Sequence record: NC_054927.1
Source: Escherichia phage vB_EcoM_Ozark
DNA length: 64,000 bases
Reading direction: 5' to 3' (one strand)
Below, piece by piece: positions 55,760 to 64,000 of the stretch. The notes under the pieces were generated by a model. It had not been told where the DNA came from. It made no database searches and saw only the letters and a program-made list of their open reading frames with translations. Made by a program: the position numbers and the translations under genes. Positions within the stretch are counted from its first letter, which is position 1. The number at the start of each line of letters is the position of its first letter.

Positions 55760-56032
55760 TTATTTGTTCGTATACATCTCTAGATATCGATATACACCCT
55801 CAAAACCCTCGTTGAATTCGTCGATGAGGGTTTTCTTATCTTCCTGAGTTAATTCAGAAACAATTTTACGGAATGAATTCTGATTTAACTTTCTACCTTC
55901 ATGCGTTACTCCAATCTCATTCAGAAATGCAATAAAATTAGCACGATTTTCAACAATATCTTCTCTGGAAAATTTAATCAAAATAGACGCAACAGTAATA
56001 ATTTCACGAACTGTATCAATATTTTTATTCAT
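55760..56032 (-). CDS. asiA: Anti-sigma70 factor AsiA
   Basis: 90 aa; matches remembered AsiA. Confidence 0.9.
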   Translation of the reverse strand: MNKNIDTVREIITVASILIKFSREDIVENRANFIAFLNEIGVTHEGRKLNQNSFRKIVSELTQEDKKTLIDEFNEGFEGVYRYLEMYTNK

Positions 56033-56044
56033 TAACTATACCAC

Positions 56045-56197
56045 TCAATTAGTTGACTTTGTTATAATATCATCAGACGCTTGATTTGTAAACTGGTCTG
56101 TGTTATTTTCTTCAAAAATTTTTTCTACGAATTCCTTGAACGACTCACGTTCCTGAGCTACATTATGCTCGATTACCTTTTCAAGATTATGACTCAT
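56045..56197 (-). CDS. Small acidic ORF (50 aa) between arn and asiA, below ORF-track cutoff
   Basis: Hand translation MSHNLEKVIEHNVAQERESFKEF...; ATG overlaps arn stop (ATGA). Confidence 0.35.
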   Translation of the reverse strand: MSHNLEKVIEHNVAQERESFKEFVEKIFEENNTDQFTNQASDDIITKSTN

Positions 56198-56472
56198 TTG
56201 AAATAATCTTCAATTTCATAATCATGGACATAAAACATTATAGTTTTTAATACATCATCAATACTTTTTCCTGGAGCTGGAATTACGTAGAAATATCCTG
56301 CTTTTGAGAGGTCTTTATAAGTTCCAATCAAGAAATCATTATTCTCAAGATGTAGTTCTTCAACTAATTCATTAACAATTGAATGGTATAGGTTTGGTAG
56401 AAACTTATATAGCTTTTCTAGAATATCAATTTTGATTGTGTATTGAACCACAGACTGAGAATCAATAATCAT
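56194..56472 (-). CDS. arn: Arn anti-restriction protein (McrBC inhibitor)
   Basis: 92 aa, acidic; same length and position as T4 Arn. Confidence 0.8.
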   Translation of the reverse strand: MIIDSQSVVQYTIKIDILEKLYKFLPNLYHSIVNELVEELHLENNDFLIGTYKDLSKAGYFYVIPAPGKSIDDVLKTIMFYVHDYEIEDYFK

Positions 56473-56555
56473 AGACCTTCCCCTTATGTTTCTGTTTGCG
56501 ATTAGATTCTTTAAACGCTTTCTTCTTATCCTTATGAACAGAAGCTTTATTAAAA

Positions 56556-56774
56556 TTATGTTTTGCGACTAAATTGTTCATAGTGCTGAATTACCTCTCT
56601 CAAACATTTGCATGTGAATGAAAACTTTTTAGCTACACCACATTCAAATATATGTTCTCTTAAATCACGTGTATCGGTATATCCCATCTCAACGATAAAA
56701 TGCCGTATTAGATTTTTATCTTTATCATTGAGAGAATTAAAATAATCGGATTTTGAATTAATTTCCCTGGCCAA
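56556..56774 (-). CDS. Hypothetical protein
   Basis: 72-aa ORF. Confidence 0.5.
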   Translation of the reverse strand: MAREINSKSDYFNSLNDKDKNLIRHFIVEMGYTDTRDLREHIFECGVAKKFSFTCKCLREVIQHYEQFSRKT

Positions 56775-57054
56775 ATTGAATCACCTTCAGTTGACGTTTT
56801 AATTCTTTTATCATCTCTTCGTTCATCGCAATATAAAGATCGCGTAAAGCAGGTTTTAACATTCCATTTACTGGAGAACTAAATGGACATACATAATCTT
56901 TTCCTACGAGCTTTTTAGTGAATTCAATATTACAGAACTGAAATGCCGGCTCATTGGTATAAATTCCCCAATTAGTTGACATCATTTTATTGGCATATTC
57001 CAGTGCCTGGATTTGATTCATAATTCCATCAATTTGAAACTGTTTAATATTCAT
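56758..57054 (-). CDS. Hypothetical protein
   Basis: 98-aa ORF. Confidence 0.5.
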   Translation of the reverse strand: MNIKQFQIDGIMNQIQALEYANKMMSTNWGIYTNEPAFQFCNIEFTKKLVGKDYVCPFSSPVNGMLKPALRDLYIAMNEEMIKELKRQLKVIQFGQGN

Positions 57055-57515
57055 TAGTAAAGGTCCTCAGAATAAAGTTCTTTTTCACTACCACCACGTT
57101 CAATACGTACTTGTCCAGCGTAAGTTGCAATAATCATTGCTTCTTCACGTGTCCAATAATTACTATATTGGTCAATAAACCCTTGGTCATCATCACAAAC
57201 TTGTTGAGTAACTAATTGAGGTTTAACTACATCTAAAACTTCTGCCATATCTTTAGAATAATGACGAGCACCTGGAATAATAAGAGTTCGTCCATCTTTT
57301 AATTTAAAACGATTAGCTGCACAGACAATTCGTCGTTGATACTTTTGGTTTTCATCCCAGTACGCAGTCTGCCAACAGATTTCAGGAACTTCTTTCAGAA
57401 TATCTTCTTCTGTGCATTTATAACCATGCGCTTTAAATTTTTCAACAAGACTTTCTGGAGTTTCACGAGATAAAGGAACATTCAGCATTTTTAAACGATT
57501 GATAAATGGGTTCAT
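57054..57515 (-). CDS. Hypothetical protein
   Basis: 153-aa ORF. Confidence 0.55.
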   Translation of the reverse strand: MNPFINRLKMLNVPLSRETPESLVEKFKAHGYKCTEEDILKEVPEICWQTAYWDENQKYQRRIVCAANRFKLKDGRTLIIPGARHYSKDMAEVLDVVKPQLVTQQVCDDDQGFIDQYSNYWTREEAMIIATYAGQVRIERGGSEKELYSEDLY

Positions 57516-57841
57516 TTAAACCATCCTTTAATACGTTGCCACAAAGTTTTCTGCTGAGCTCTGTTAACACCAATTGAACGAATAACCGGTTGAGATTCCT
57601 GGAATTCTTTATAATCAGCAAGGTAAATTTCGTAAGCTGCATCCGTAAATGAACTTATCGCTGCCATAAAATTATTACGAATACCTACTGGAGCATCTTT
57701 ACTTTCACGAATAATCATGTATTTACCAGTCTTAATCTTTACGATAGTTCCAAGATAAGCTCCATGATACCAGATGTCCCAACCCTCTTGTGTAGGTTCT
57801 GCACAACGACGAAGTTCATTAACAATTTCTAACTTGTTCAT
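57512..57841 (-). CDS. Hypothetical protein
   Basis: 109-aa ORF. Confidence 0.5.
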   Translation of the reverse strand: MNKLEIVNELRRCAEPTQEGWDIWYHGAYLGTIVKIKTGKYMIIRESKDAPVGIRNNFMAAISSFTDAAYEIYLADYKEFQESQPVIRSIGVNRAQQKTLWQRIKGWFK

Positions 57842-57851
57842 TATTTATTCC

Positions 57852-58487
57852 TCACAGTTCAGATGCTACAGTGATTACTGCTTCAATGTTTTCTGCTGAG
57901 CGTTTAATGTCAAGATACACATTACCGTTTTTAGCGATTTTACATGACATTCCGATATCAGTAAATTTCTGAATATGATGTTCCATCATTTTGTATCCAA
58001 AAATTCGCATATTTCCATTGTTGTTAATTTCAAAATTGCGAATTCCATGTGTACGTTTTTCTAAAATGGCAAGATAATTACTACGATAAGTTTCAACCTT
58101 TTTAAGAACAAATCCATTTTCATCTAGCAGTTTTAACATGAGGTCTTTATCTTCTTCCATATCAGAAGTAATCTCACGAGCTTTACGAGTTGCTCGTTTT
58201 TTCAGAAGTTCTGGAGCATTTTCCTGTGCATATAAAGTTGCTGCATTTGAAATAATATCTTGTGCTTCACCCGTGATGATTAATCCATCACCTGATTTCT
58301 CTACCAGGCCTTTTTTAATTAATACCCCAATATTACTATTAACTACTGCGTTACCTAAATCTGGATGCACCTCACGAACTTCTGCAGCTGTAATGAAATC
58401 TTTCTTAGCAATGGTAATTAAAATCGCAGCGGTTTTTTCATTCAGAACATCGTTAGAAGCTTTGATGATGTAAGTTACTTTAGACAT
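57852..58487 (-). CDS. motA: Middle-transcription activator MotA
   Basis: 211 aa; matches remembered T4 MotA. Confidence 0.9.
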   Translation of the reverse strand: MSKVTYIIKASNDVLNEKTAAILITIAKKDFITAAEVREVHPDLGNAVVNSNIGVLIKKGLVEKSGDGLIITGEAQDIISNAATLYAQENAPELLKKRATRKAREITSDMEEDKDLMLKLLDENGFVLKKVETYRSNYLAILEKRTHGIRNFEINNNGNMRIFGYKMMEHHIQKFTDIGMSCKIAKNGNVYLDIKRSAENIEAVITVASEL

Positions 58488-58528
58488 TTTCTAATCTCCG
58501 TAATTCTGTATCAGTAGTTGATAGTTGT

Positions 58529-58558
58529 ATAGTACCACAGTATGCTTTGGTTGTAAAC
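58529..58558 (-). promoter_or_regulatory. T4-type early promoter upstream of motA
   Basis: Minus strand GTTTAC, 18-nt spacer, TACTAT; AT-rich upstream element; same family as 42120-42149 and about 62165-62200. Confidence 0.55.
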
Positions 58559-58760
58559 CGTTTTGTGAAAAAATTTTTGAAATAAAAAAGGGAGAGCCTC
58601 GGCTCTCCCTAAAATTACTGCATGACTGTGATAACTGTCATGATAACACGTTGAATGCCGAACGCAAGAAGACCTCCTGCTACGGCTGGAACAACACCTA
58701 AACCCGCCAGTAAAATGCTACCGGATACTAATGCAGCGCTTGTAATACCTATGAATGGAC

Positions 58761-60089
58761 TCATTTGATTTCCTCTAAATCTTTGGTGTATTCTGTAACT
58801 ACATCAGTAGTTTTCCAATATTCGTTTTCTTCTTTTTTAGCTTTAGCTTCTTCAGCAAGTTTCTTTGCTTCATCAGAAGTCATATGAAAAATATTCATAC
58901 CAACTAGTTTATCAACATAAGAAGAATACATCTCAATTTTAGAAAGTTCTTCGGTCAGTTCTTTACGAGTTTTACCCTGTACAACAATTTCACCTGAAAT
59001 TACTTTCTTAATGAAATGCGCCTTGGCAAAGGCTAAACGAAAAGCTGATTCAGTTTCTTTGATTTTGTTATCAATTCGTTTTTGGACATAAGTTTTACGA
59101 ACTTCAACAAAGTCTTTAATTAAATCGACTACGTTATCGTAAACTTGTAGTTTTCCTTTCTCATTAATAACCGTAATATTCTGAGAACGACGCTCAATCA
59201 ACCCGAAGTCTTTCATAATTTTTGCATGGCGTTCTTCTTCATTATCGCTCAAAGAATATTCTTTACGGAATTTAACTTTAAAGCCAAAACCATGCTCACC
59301 ACAAGCATCATCCCATGTAATGAAGCCTTTATCTTCAAGTGGGTCTAAGATTTTACTCACATAAGTTTCACGATCATACTTATACGGAATCTCAGTGATA
59401 TGCATTTGAGTTCGTGAAGTAAACTTATATGTTCCACGAATTTCATATTGCCCATCAATTTCAACGACTTCACCACGAAATTCTGGGAATTCTACCTTCG
59501 GTTTAGTTACTTTCTTTCCTTGAAGAGCTTGCAGTACAGCTTTCTTGACAGAAGAAACACTATGAGGAAGAATGTAAGTTGCATAACCAGTTGCAATACC
59601 GGAAACGCCATTAAGAAGAACAGTAGGAATAATAGGTAAATAGAAAGCAGGCGGAATGTGTTCTTTATCTTGATGTACCGGAGCATATTCAGTATCTTTA
59701 TATACGTTATAGAAATTTTTACTTACACGAGCAAAAATATAACGACTTGCTGCTGATTTTTGGACGGTACGAGAACCAAAGTTTCCTTGACCATCTAACA
59801 GAGGAAAATTATTATTCCAAGTGTTAGCCATCAAAGCACCTGCATCTTGTGCAGAGTTTTCACCATGATGATATCCAAGGTCAGCTACACCACCTGCAAT
59901 AGAAGCAAGTTTGTGAAACTTATCTTTATTTCCTCGTGCCAAATCAAGAGCTCGAGCAATAACAAATCGTTGGACTGGCTTAAATCCGTCAATCATATTT
60001 GGGATAGCACGATTTTCAACCGTGTACATAGCATAAGCCAATGCTTCATTATCAATGATACTTTTTAAATCGCGATTATTCAGTTGCAT
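58761..60089 (-). CDS. 52: DNA topoisomerase II medium subunit gp52
   Basis: 442 aa; gyrase A-like catalytic Tyr region. Confidence 0.9.
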   Translation of the reverse strand: MQLNNRDLKSIIDNEALAYAMYTVENRAIPNMIDGFKPVQRFVIARALDLARGNKDKFHKLASIAGGVADLGYHHGENSAQDAGALMANTWNNNFPLLDGQGNFGSRTVQKSAASRYIFARVSKNFYNVYKDTEYAPVHQDKEHIPPAFYLPIIPTVLLNGVSGIATGYATYILPHSVSSVKKAVLQALQGKKVTKPKVEFPEFRGEVVEIDGQYEIRGTYKFTSRTQMHITEIPYKYDRETYVSKILDPLEDKGFITWDDACGEHGFGFKVKFRKEYSLSDNEEERHAKIMKDFGLIERRSQNITVINEKGKLQVYDNVVDLIKDFVEVRKTYVQKRIDNKIKETESAFRLAFAKAHFIKKVISGEIVVQGKTRKELTEELSKIEMYSSYVDKLVGMNIFHMTSDEAKKLAEEAKAKKEENEYWKTTDVVTEYTKDLEEIK

Positions 60090-60093
60090 AAAT

Positions 60094-60234
60094 TTACCAT
60101 ACTAGTGAATGTAGTGCCATAATAACATCAGAAATGAAAAGCACGACTTGAATTAATCCGAACATTATTCCGTAATATAACGCTACCAATAAAGTAGCAA
60201 GGGCTAGTGAATAGCCCAAGATTTTCTTAATCAT
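60094..60234 (-). CDS. Small membrane peptide (46 aa; 52.1 position), below track cutoff
   Basis: Hand translation MIKKILGYSLALATLLVALYYGIMF...; ATG overlaps ac stop. Confidence 0.4.
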   Translation of the reverse strand: MIKKILGYSLALATLLVALYYGIMFGLIQVVLFISDVIMALHSLVW

Positions 60235-60385
60235 TAGTAGATAACAACACAAATGTTAAATATGCACACATACCCTGGGCTAAAGCTTGTGAAAACACAC
60301 TGCTGGCATCAATACAGATAGTTAAAACACATGCTACTATCCAACAAATAAATGAAATAACTCCTAATAATTTTGCGATATTCAT
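60227..60385 (-). CDS. ac: Small membrane protein, Ac-like (52 aa)
   Basis: Hand translation MNIAKLLGVISFICWIVACVLTICIDASS...; position between stp and 52. Confidence 0.45.
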   Translation of the reverse strand: MNIAKLLGVISFICWIVACVLTICIDASSVFSQALAQGMCAYLTFVLLSTND

Positions 60386-60392
60386 ATTTTCC

Positions 60393-60473
60393 TCACTGGC
60401 GTCCGAAGACGCCTTTAGTTTTAAGATTGTTACGATAAAACTGCATCACATGTTCGTTGTGGAAATTACTCAT
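60393..60473 (-). CDS. stp: Stp peptide (26 aa), activator of host PrrC anticodon nuclease
   Basis: Hand translation [26 protein letters not shown] matches remembered T4 Stp; ATG overlaps ndd stop. Confidence 0.7.
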
Positions 60474-60916
60474 TAATATGCCTGCAAAACGAATTTAAAG
60501 TTATCAGCCAACATACGGTTCATTTCTTCAAGTGTTTGATACTCAGAATGATGATTACGAGTAAACGCCAAAGCTAACTGACCTTTACCAAATCCTGTCG
60601 TCAGAGGTTTCATCTTAGAAGCAGGCAGATAAAATACTGTGTATGGAACATTGTTATTTACAATAGTACGCGCAAGTTGAGACCGGCGTTGACGAATATG
60701 ACTTAGAACTGCGCTGAATCCTTGCTTAGAACGCTGATTACCCACATAAAATCGTGCGGATACGCATGAACCATCGAATTCATTTACTAAAAAGTAAAAT
60801 CCAGGTTTAGATAAAATATCTTTATGCGGAGTTCCCAAAAACCACTTACCACCCTTGATTGTACCAATAACAGTAGCGCCTGCGTTGTTCAGATCAGTAA
60901 CAGTCATGTATTTCAT
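60473..60916 (-). CDS. ndd: Nucleoid disruption protein Ndd
   Basis: 147 aa; position and sequence as T4 Ndd. Confidence 0.8.
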
Positions 60917-60975
60917 TTTAATTTCCTCTAATTATTTTCTACTCCAAGGCCGCATGAATACACGCGGCCATTAAA

Positions 60976-61191
60976 TTAATCGTCGCAGTCGACGCTCAAT
61001 TCCCAGAATTCTTCTACGGTGTAAGTTTCAGTATCATTTTCAATACAGAAACGTTCATTACTATTATTTGCTAAAGTAGCATTAACTGTCGGTTTCTCGC
61101 TAGTGCTCTTAAGAGGTGAAATACGAATTAACTGATCACCATTATCTAAACAGAAAATTTCACCAACTTTTACATCTTTAAAACTTTTCAT
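60976..61191 (-). CDS. Hypothetical protein (ndd.x)
   Basis: 71-aa acidic ORF. Confidence 0.5.
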   Translation of the reverse strand: MKSFKDVKVGEIFCLDNGDQLIRISPLKSTSEKPTVNATLANNSNERFCIENDTETYTVEEFWELSVDCDD

Positions 61192-61306
61192 AATTCACCT
61201 CAAGGAGTATAAAATCCAAATGCAGTTGTTGACCATCCCATCCAATATGGGAAATTTGCGCCAATGTAAAACATAAGAATATAAAACCAAATGTTTAGTA
61301 AATTCA

Positions 61307-61503
61307 TCATTTTACACCATTCCAAATTGTTTCAACTACGGATTTTAAACCATTTTGATGAATATCAATTCCGACTACTGTCATCAAATAGATTCCAACT
61401 ACAACTGAACCTAAGGCAAAAATCAGCATGAAAATGAATAAAGCCGGAAAAATATTATCGAAAAACCATTCAATAAATGTAAAAGCACTGCGTTTACGCT
61501 TCA
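61307..61503 (-). CDS. Small membrane protein (ndd.x)
   Basis: 65 aa from ATG with GAGGAA RBS (track start is TTG); hydrophobic core. Confidence 0.45.
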
Positions 61504-61868
61504 TATTTTCCTCACATAAATCCAAAGTAAGCGTTTAATACATCAATCATTAAAACGATTGGGAATATACTCAAAACTATTAATATTATAACTACATTCC
61601 ATATAGCTTTAATAATCTTTTTCATTTTCTGTTCCTCCGTAGTTGATAGAGTAATAATACCACGGAAGAACAGTCTTGTAAACAACTTTTTTAAAAATAT
61701 TCGTAATAAATGTGAATACCAACTACTACCGCTGAAACCTGTGCAACCCACCACGCGCAAGCAATAAGTACAGAATTCAAAATTTTCATAATAACCTCAT
61801 TACAAAAGTAAATGTTAAACAAATTACTGGAATACTAATTAACCAAATAAAACACCACCATAATGAAC

Positions 61869-62132
61869 TCATAGCTCAATCTCAGCGATTTTCATTTCAT
61901 TACTATTAATAGCCGCTTTAAGACTATCTGAAAGAATTACATTCCAGTGGTCATTCATATGACCATTAATTAAGCGTGTAATTTCTTCGGGAGTTGAAAA
62001 ATAAGGCTGATCAGACTCCCAATGCGATAATCCTAAGCGAGTATAAATCATGCCTTCATCATCGCTAGAATATTCAACTGACACAAACTCATCAGTTATT
62101 TTATGTTTAGCGTAATAAAATTTAAATTTCAT
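61869..62132 (-). CDS. Hypothetical protein (ndd.x)
   Basis: 87 aa from ATG (MKFKFYYAK..); track start is TTG. Confidence 0.5.
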   Translation of the reverse strand: MKFKFYYAKHKITDEFVSVEYSSDDEGMIYTRLGLSHWESDQPYFSTPEEITRLINGHMNDHWNVILSDSLKAAINSNEMKIAEIEL

Positions 62133-62217
62133 TTTATTCTCCAAATCCGTATCAGTAGTTGATAGTTGTATAGTACCACGGTCCTTGTGGTATGTAAACT
62201 GTTTTGTGAAATTTTTT

Positions 62218-62775
62218 TTAAATGGAAAGATACCATCCGTTGTAGTTGCTTTTTCTTACAACCCTACGAAGGTCTTCTCTGTCACCGATGAACTTCGGAG
62301 TGTACTGGATGACACCTGGATGAATTTCTTTAGTGTTGAATATAATTATACAGTCAGCGACTTGATGATTTAGAATGGGCCCTAAATTTATTCCAGAACC
62401 ATATGGATACTCTCCGCTGCATCCCGTTGTTACCGAAATCCAACGCGAGTCAGTTTGATGTGTTTTGACTTCTACACGAAGCCCGCAATATTTTGGATGC
62501 GCTAAAACATCCCATGCATACGTGTACGGATCATCGACATTTTCTTGGCCTTTATTGACATATCCGCTTAGCCAATCTGCCACAAAAAACTCTGCGTACA
62601 CAGCGATACGGCATCTTTCGATAACTTCTGCTTTATCCTGGTTCGGGTTTTGTTTTAAAGAGTATCTTGCTGTATCAGCAATTTTGACCTTCATTTCACT
62701 AGTCAAGTCACTGTTCGATAGGGTAAATGTCGGAATCTGAAATAGTCTCTGTAAACCCGGATTCGTTTTCTGCAT
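62218..62775 (-). CDS. denB: Endonuclease IV
   Basis: 185 aa, same length and position as T4 DenB. Confidence 0.8.
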   Translation of the reverse strand: MQKTNPGLQRLFQIPTFTLSNSDLTSEMKVKIADTARYSLKQNPNQDKAEVIERCRIAVYAEFFVADWLSGYVNKGQENVDDPYTYAWDVLAHPKYCGLRVEVKTHQTDSRWISVTTGCSGEYPYGSGINLGPILNHQVADCIIIFNTKEIHPGVIQYTPKFIGDREDLRRVVRKSNYNGWYLSI

Positions 62776-62838
62776 TTAAACTTTCCTTTATGTCGGAATC
62801 ATAATTTCTCTTAAAACAAAAGGGCCGAAGCCCTTATT

Positions 62839-63033
62839 TTATTTGAATTGTGCAATTCTTTTCTCTAGACATTCAGCATAAGATTTCATTGAGATGAACT
62901 GTGAAAGTAGTAGTTCTTGCTCAACTGCACTAACTGTTAGAAACTTTGCGCTTTCTAAAAATTTGTTCAGTGCATTAATTTTGAGCATTAATTGATCGTA
63001 TTCTTCTTTTACTCGTGCTTGATAACCTAACAT
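62839..63033 (-). CDS. Hypothetical protein (denB.1 position)
   Basis: 64-aa ORF flanked by hairpins gggccgaagccc. Confidence 0.5.
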   Translation of the reverse strand: MLGYQARVKEEYDQLMLKINALNKFLESAKFLTVSAVEQELLLSQFISMKSYAECLEKRIAQFK

Positions 63034-63061
63034 AATTTTCCTTAGTTAAGGGCCGAAGCCC

Positions 63062-64000
63062 TTATTTAAATTGTTCAGTAACGTCTTCAACTACTTCGTA
63101 TTGGCAGGTACGCATTTTAGCGTCGTTGTAATCAATCGGAATTGATACTACATCGCGAGGATGTACTTTAACTTTTACAACTCGGCTGGTTGAACTGCCA
63201 AAGTGACGAATATAAGATTTAGAACACACATGCAGACCACGAGAACAAGTTTGTGTATCATCGTCATTCACACGAGTACGCGGCATTTTAACTACTTTAC
63301 CAGGACTGTTATCAAAGGTGTTTGAGTGACAGTCAAAGTAGTTGTCACGAACTACTTTCCAAGCATAGAAGTAACCATCTTCTGTAATTTCAATATCGTT
63401 TGCTACCAAGAAATCAAAGAGTCGAGATACCGCTTTCTGGCTTGGGTTTTCCAGCAGATTTTCCAAGAACGGAAAATAAAATTCAAAGTTTTCACCTTTT
63501 TCCATCGAATCGAGAATACGATCAACTAAACCAGACCGTAATTCGATATTTTGATAGAACAAGCTTCCGCCTTCAATTCGAACATCGCCGGAAATATATT
63601 TTTCAACAGCGCGACGAACATTAATTTTTTGTGCCGCTTCTTCCAACTTATCTGCTACAAGCAGATTAAGAATTTCCTGGAAGTTTGAATGAGTATTAGG
63701 AGTTGCGTTATAAGTTACACCGTCAACAGTAATTGAAATGAATTTTTTAGATGCATTCCAAATAATGTCAGATTTAGCAACTGGAGCAATAACTGCATCG
63801 CTATTAACTTTAATTGTAATATCACCGCTAATAGTAACTTTAGAGCGTTTAGCTTCTTCAGCATTTTTCAAAACACGACGAATTGTGTCAACCGATACAC
63901 CTTGCCAATCAGCCAATTCCTGTTGGGTGTAATTACCACTTGAATACAGCTTAACAATTTCAGCTTGTTCGTTTTTGGTCAGGCATTTAATATTGTACAT
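63062..64000 (-). CDS. rIIB: rIIB (complete; start codon at window edge)
   Basis: 312 aa beginning MYNIKCLTKNEQAEIV; length equals T4 rIIB. Confidence 0.88.
   Translation of the reverse strand: MYNIKCLTKNEQAEIVKLYSSGNYTQQELADWQGVSVDTIRRVLKNAEEAKRSKVTISGDITIKVNSDAVIAPVAKSDIIWNASKKFISITVDGVTYNATPNTHSNFQEILNLLVADKLEEAAQKINVRRAVEKYISGDVRIEGGSLFYQNIELRSGLVDRILDSMEKGENFEFYFPFLENLLENPSQKAVSRLFDFLVANDIEITEDGYFYAWKVVRDNYFDCHSNTFDNSPGKVVKMPRTRVNDDDTQTCSRGLHVCSKSYIRHFGSSTSRVVKVKVHPRDVVSIPIDYNDAKMRTCQYEVVEDVTEQFK

Overview
This window is a T4-like (Tequatrovirus) myovirus segment, syntenic with T4 from the 3' end of gene 23 through rIIB; no tRNA, rRNA, CRISPR or integrase was found. It is not T4 itself: td is intronless, the nrdB intron carries a full-length HNH endonuclease, and the gaps where I recall T4 seg/mob genes are too short to hold them (recollection, not checked). 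Content in order: head vertex and hoc/inh, uvsW/uvsY, baseplate genes 25-54, a minus-strand early-gene block (alt to rnh, including DNA ligase, cd, pseT, rnlA, nrdAB, td, frd, 32, 59), tail-fibre genes 34-38, holin t, then asiA, arn, motA, 52, stp, ndd, denB and rIIB. I did not find a clear new multi-gene system. The best candidates for undescribed biology are a free-standing I-TevI-like GIY-YIG endonuclease between nrdA and td, a 119-aa ORF between frd and td, an overlapping HAD-like/YbiA-like gene pair, and two tandem alt-family ADP-ribosyltransferase genes. The ORF track uses GTG/TTG starts in places, so several starts were moved to the ATG matching the remembered protein N-terminus or a ribosome-binding site. 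All homology statements are from reading the translations and memory, not from database searches.
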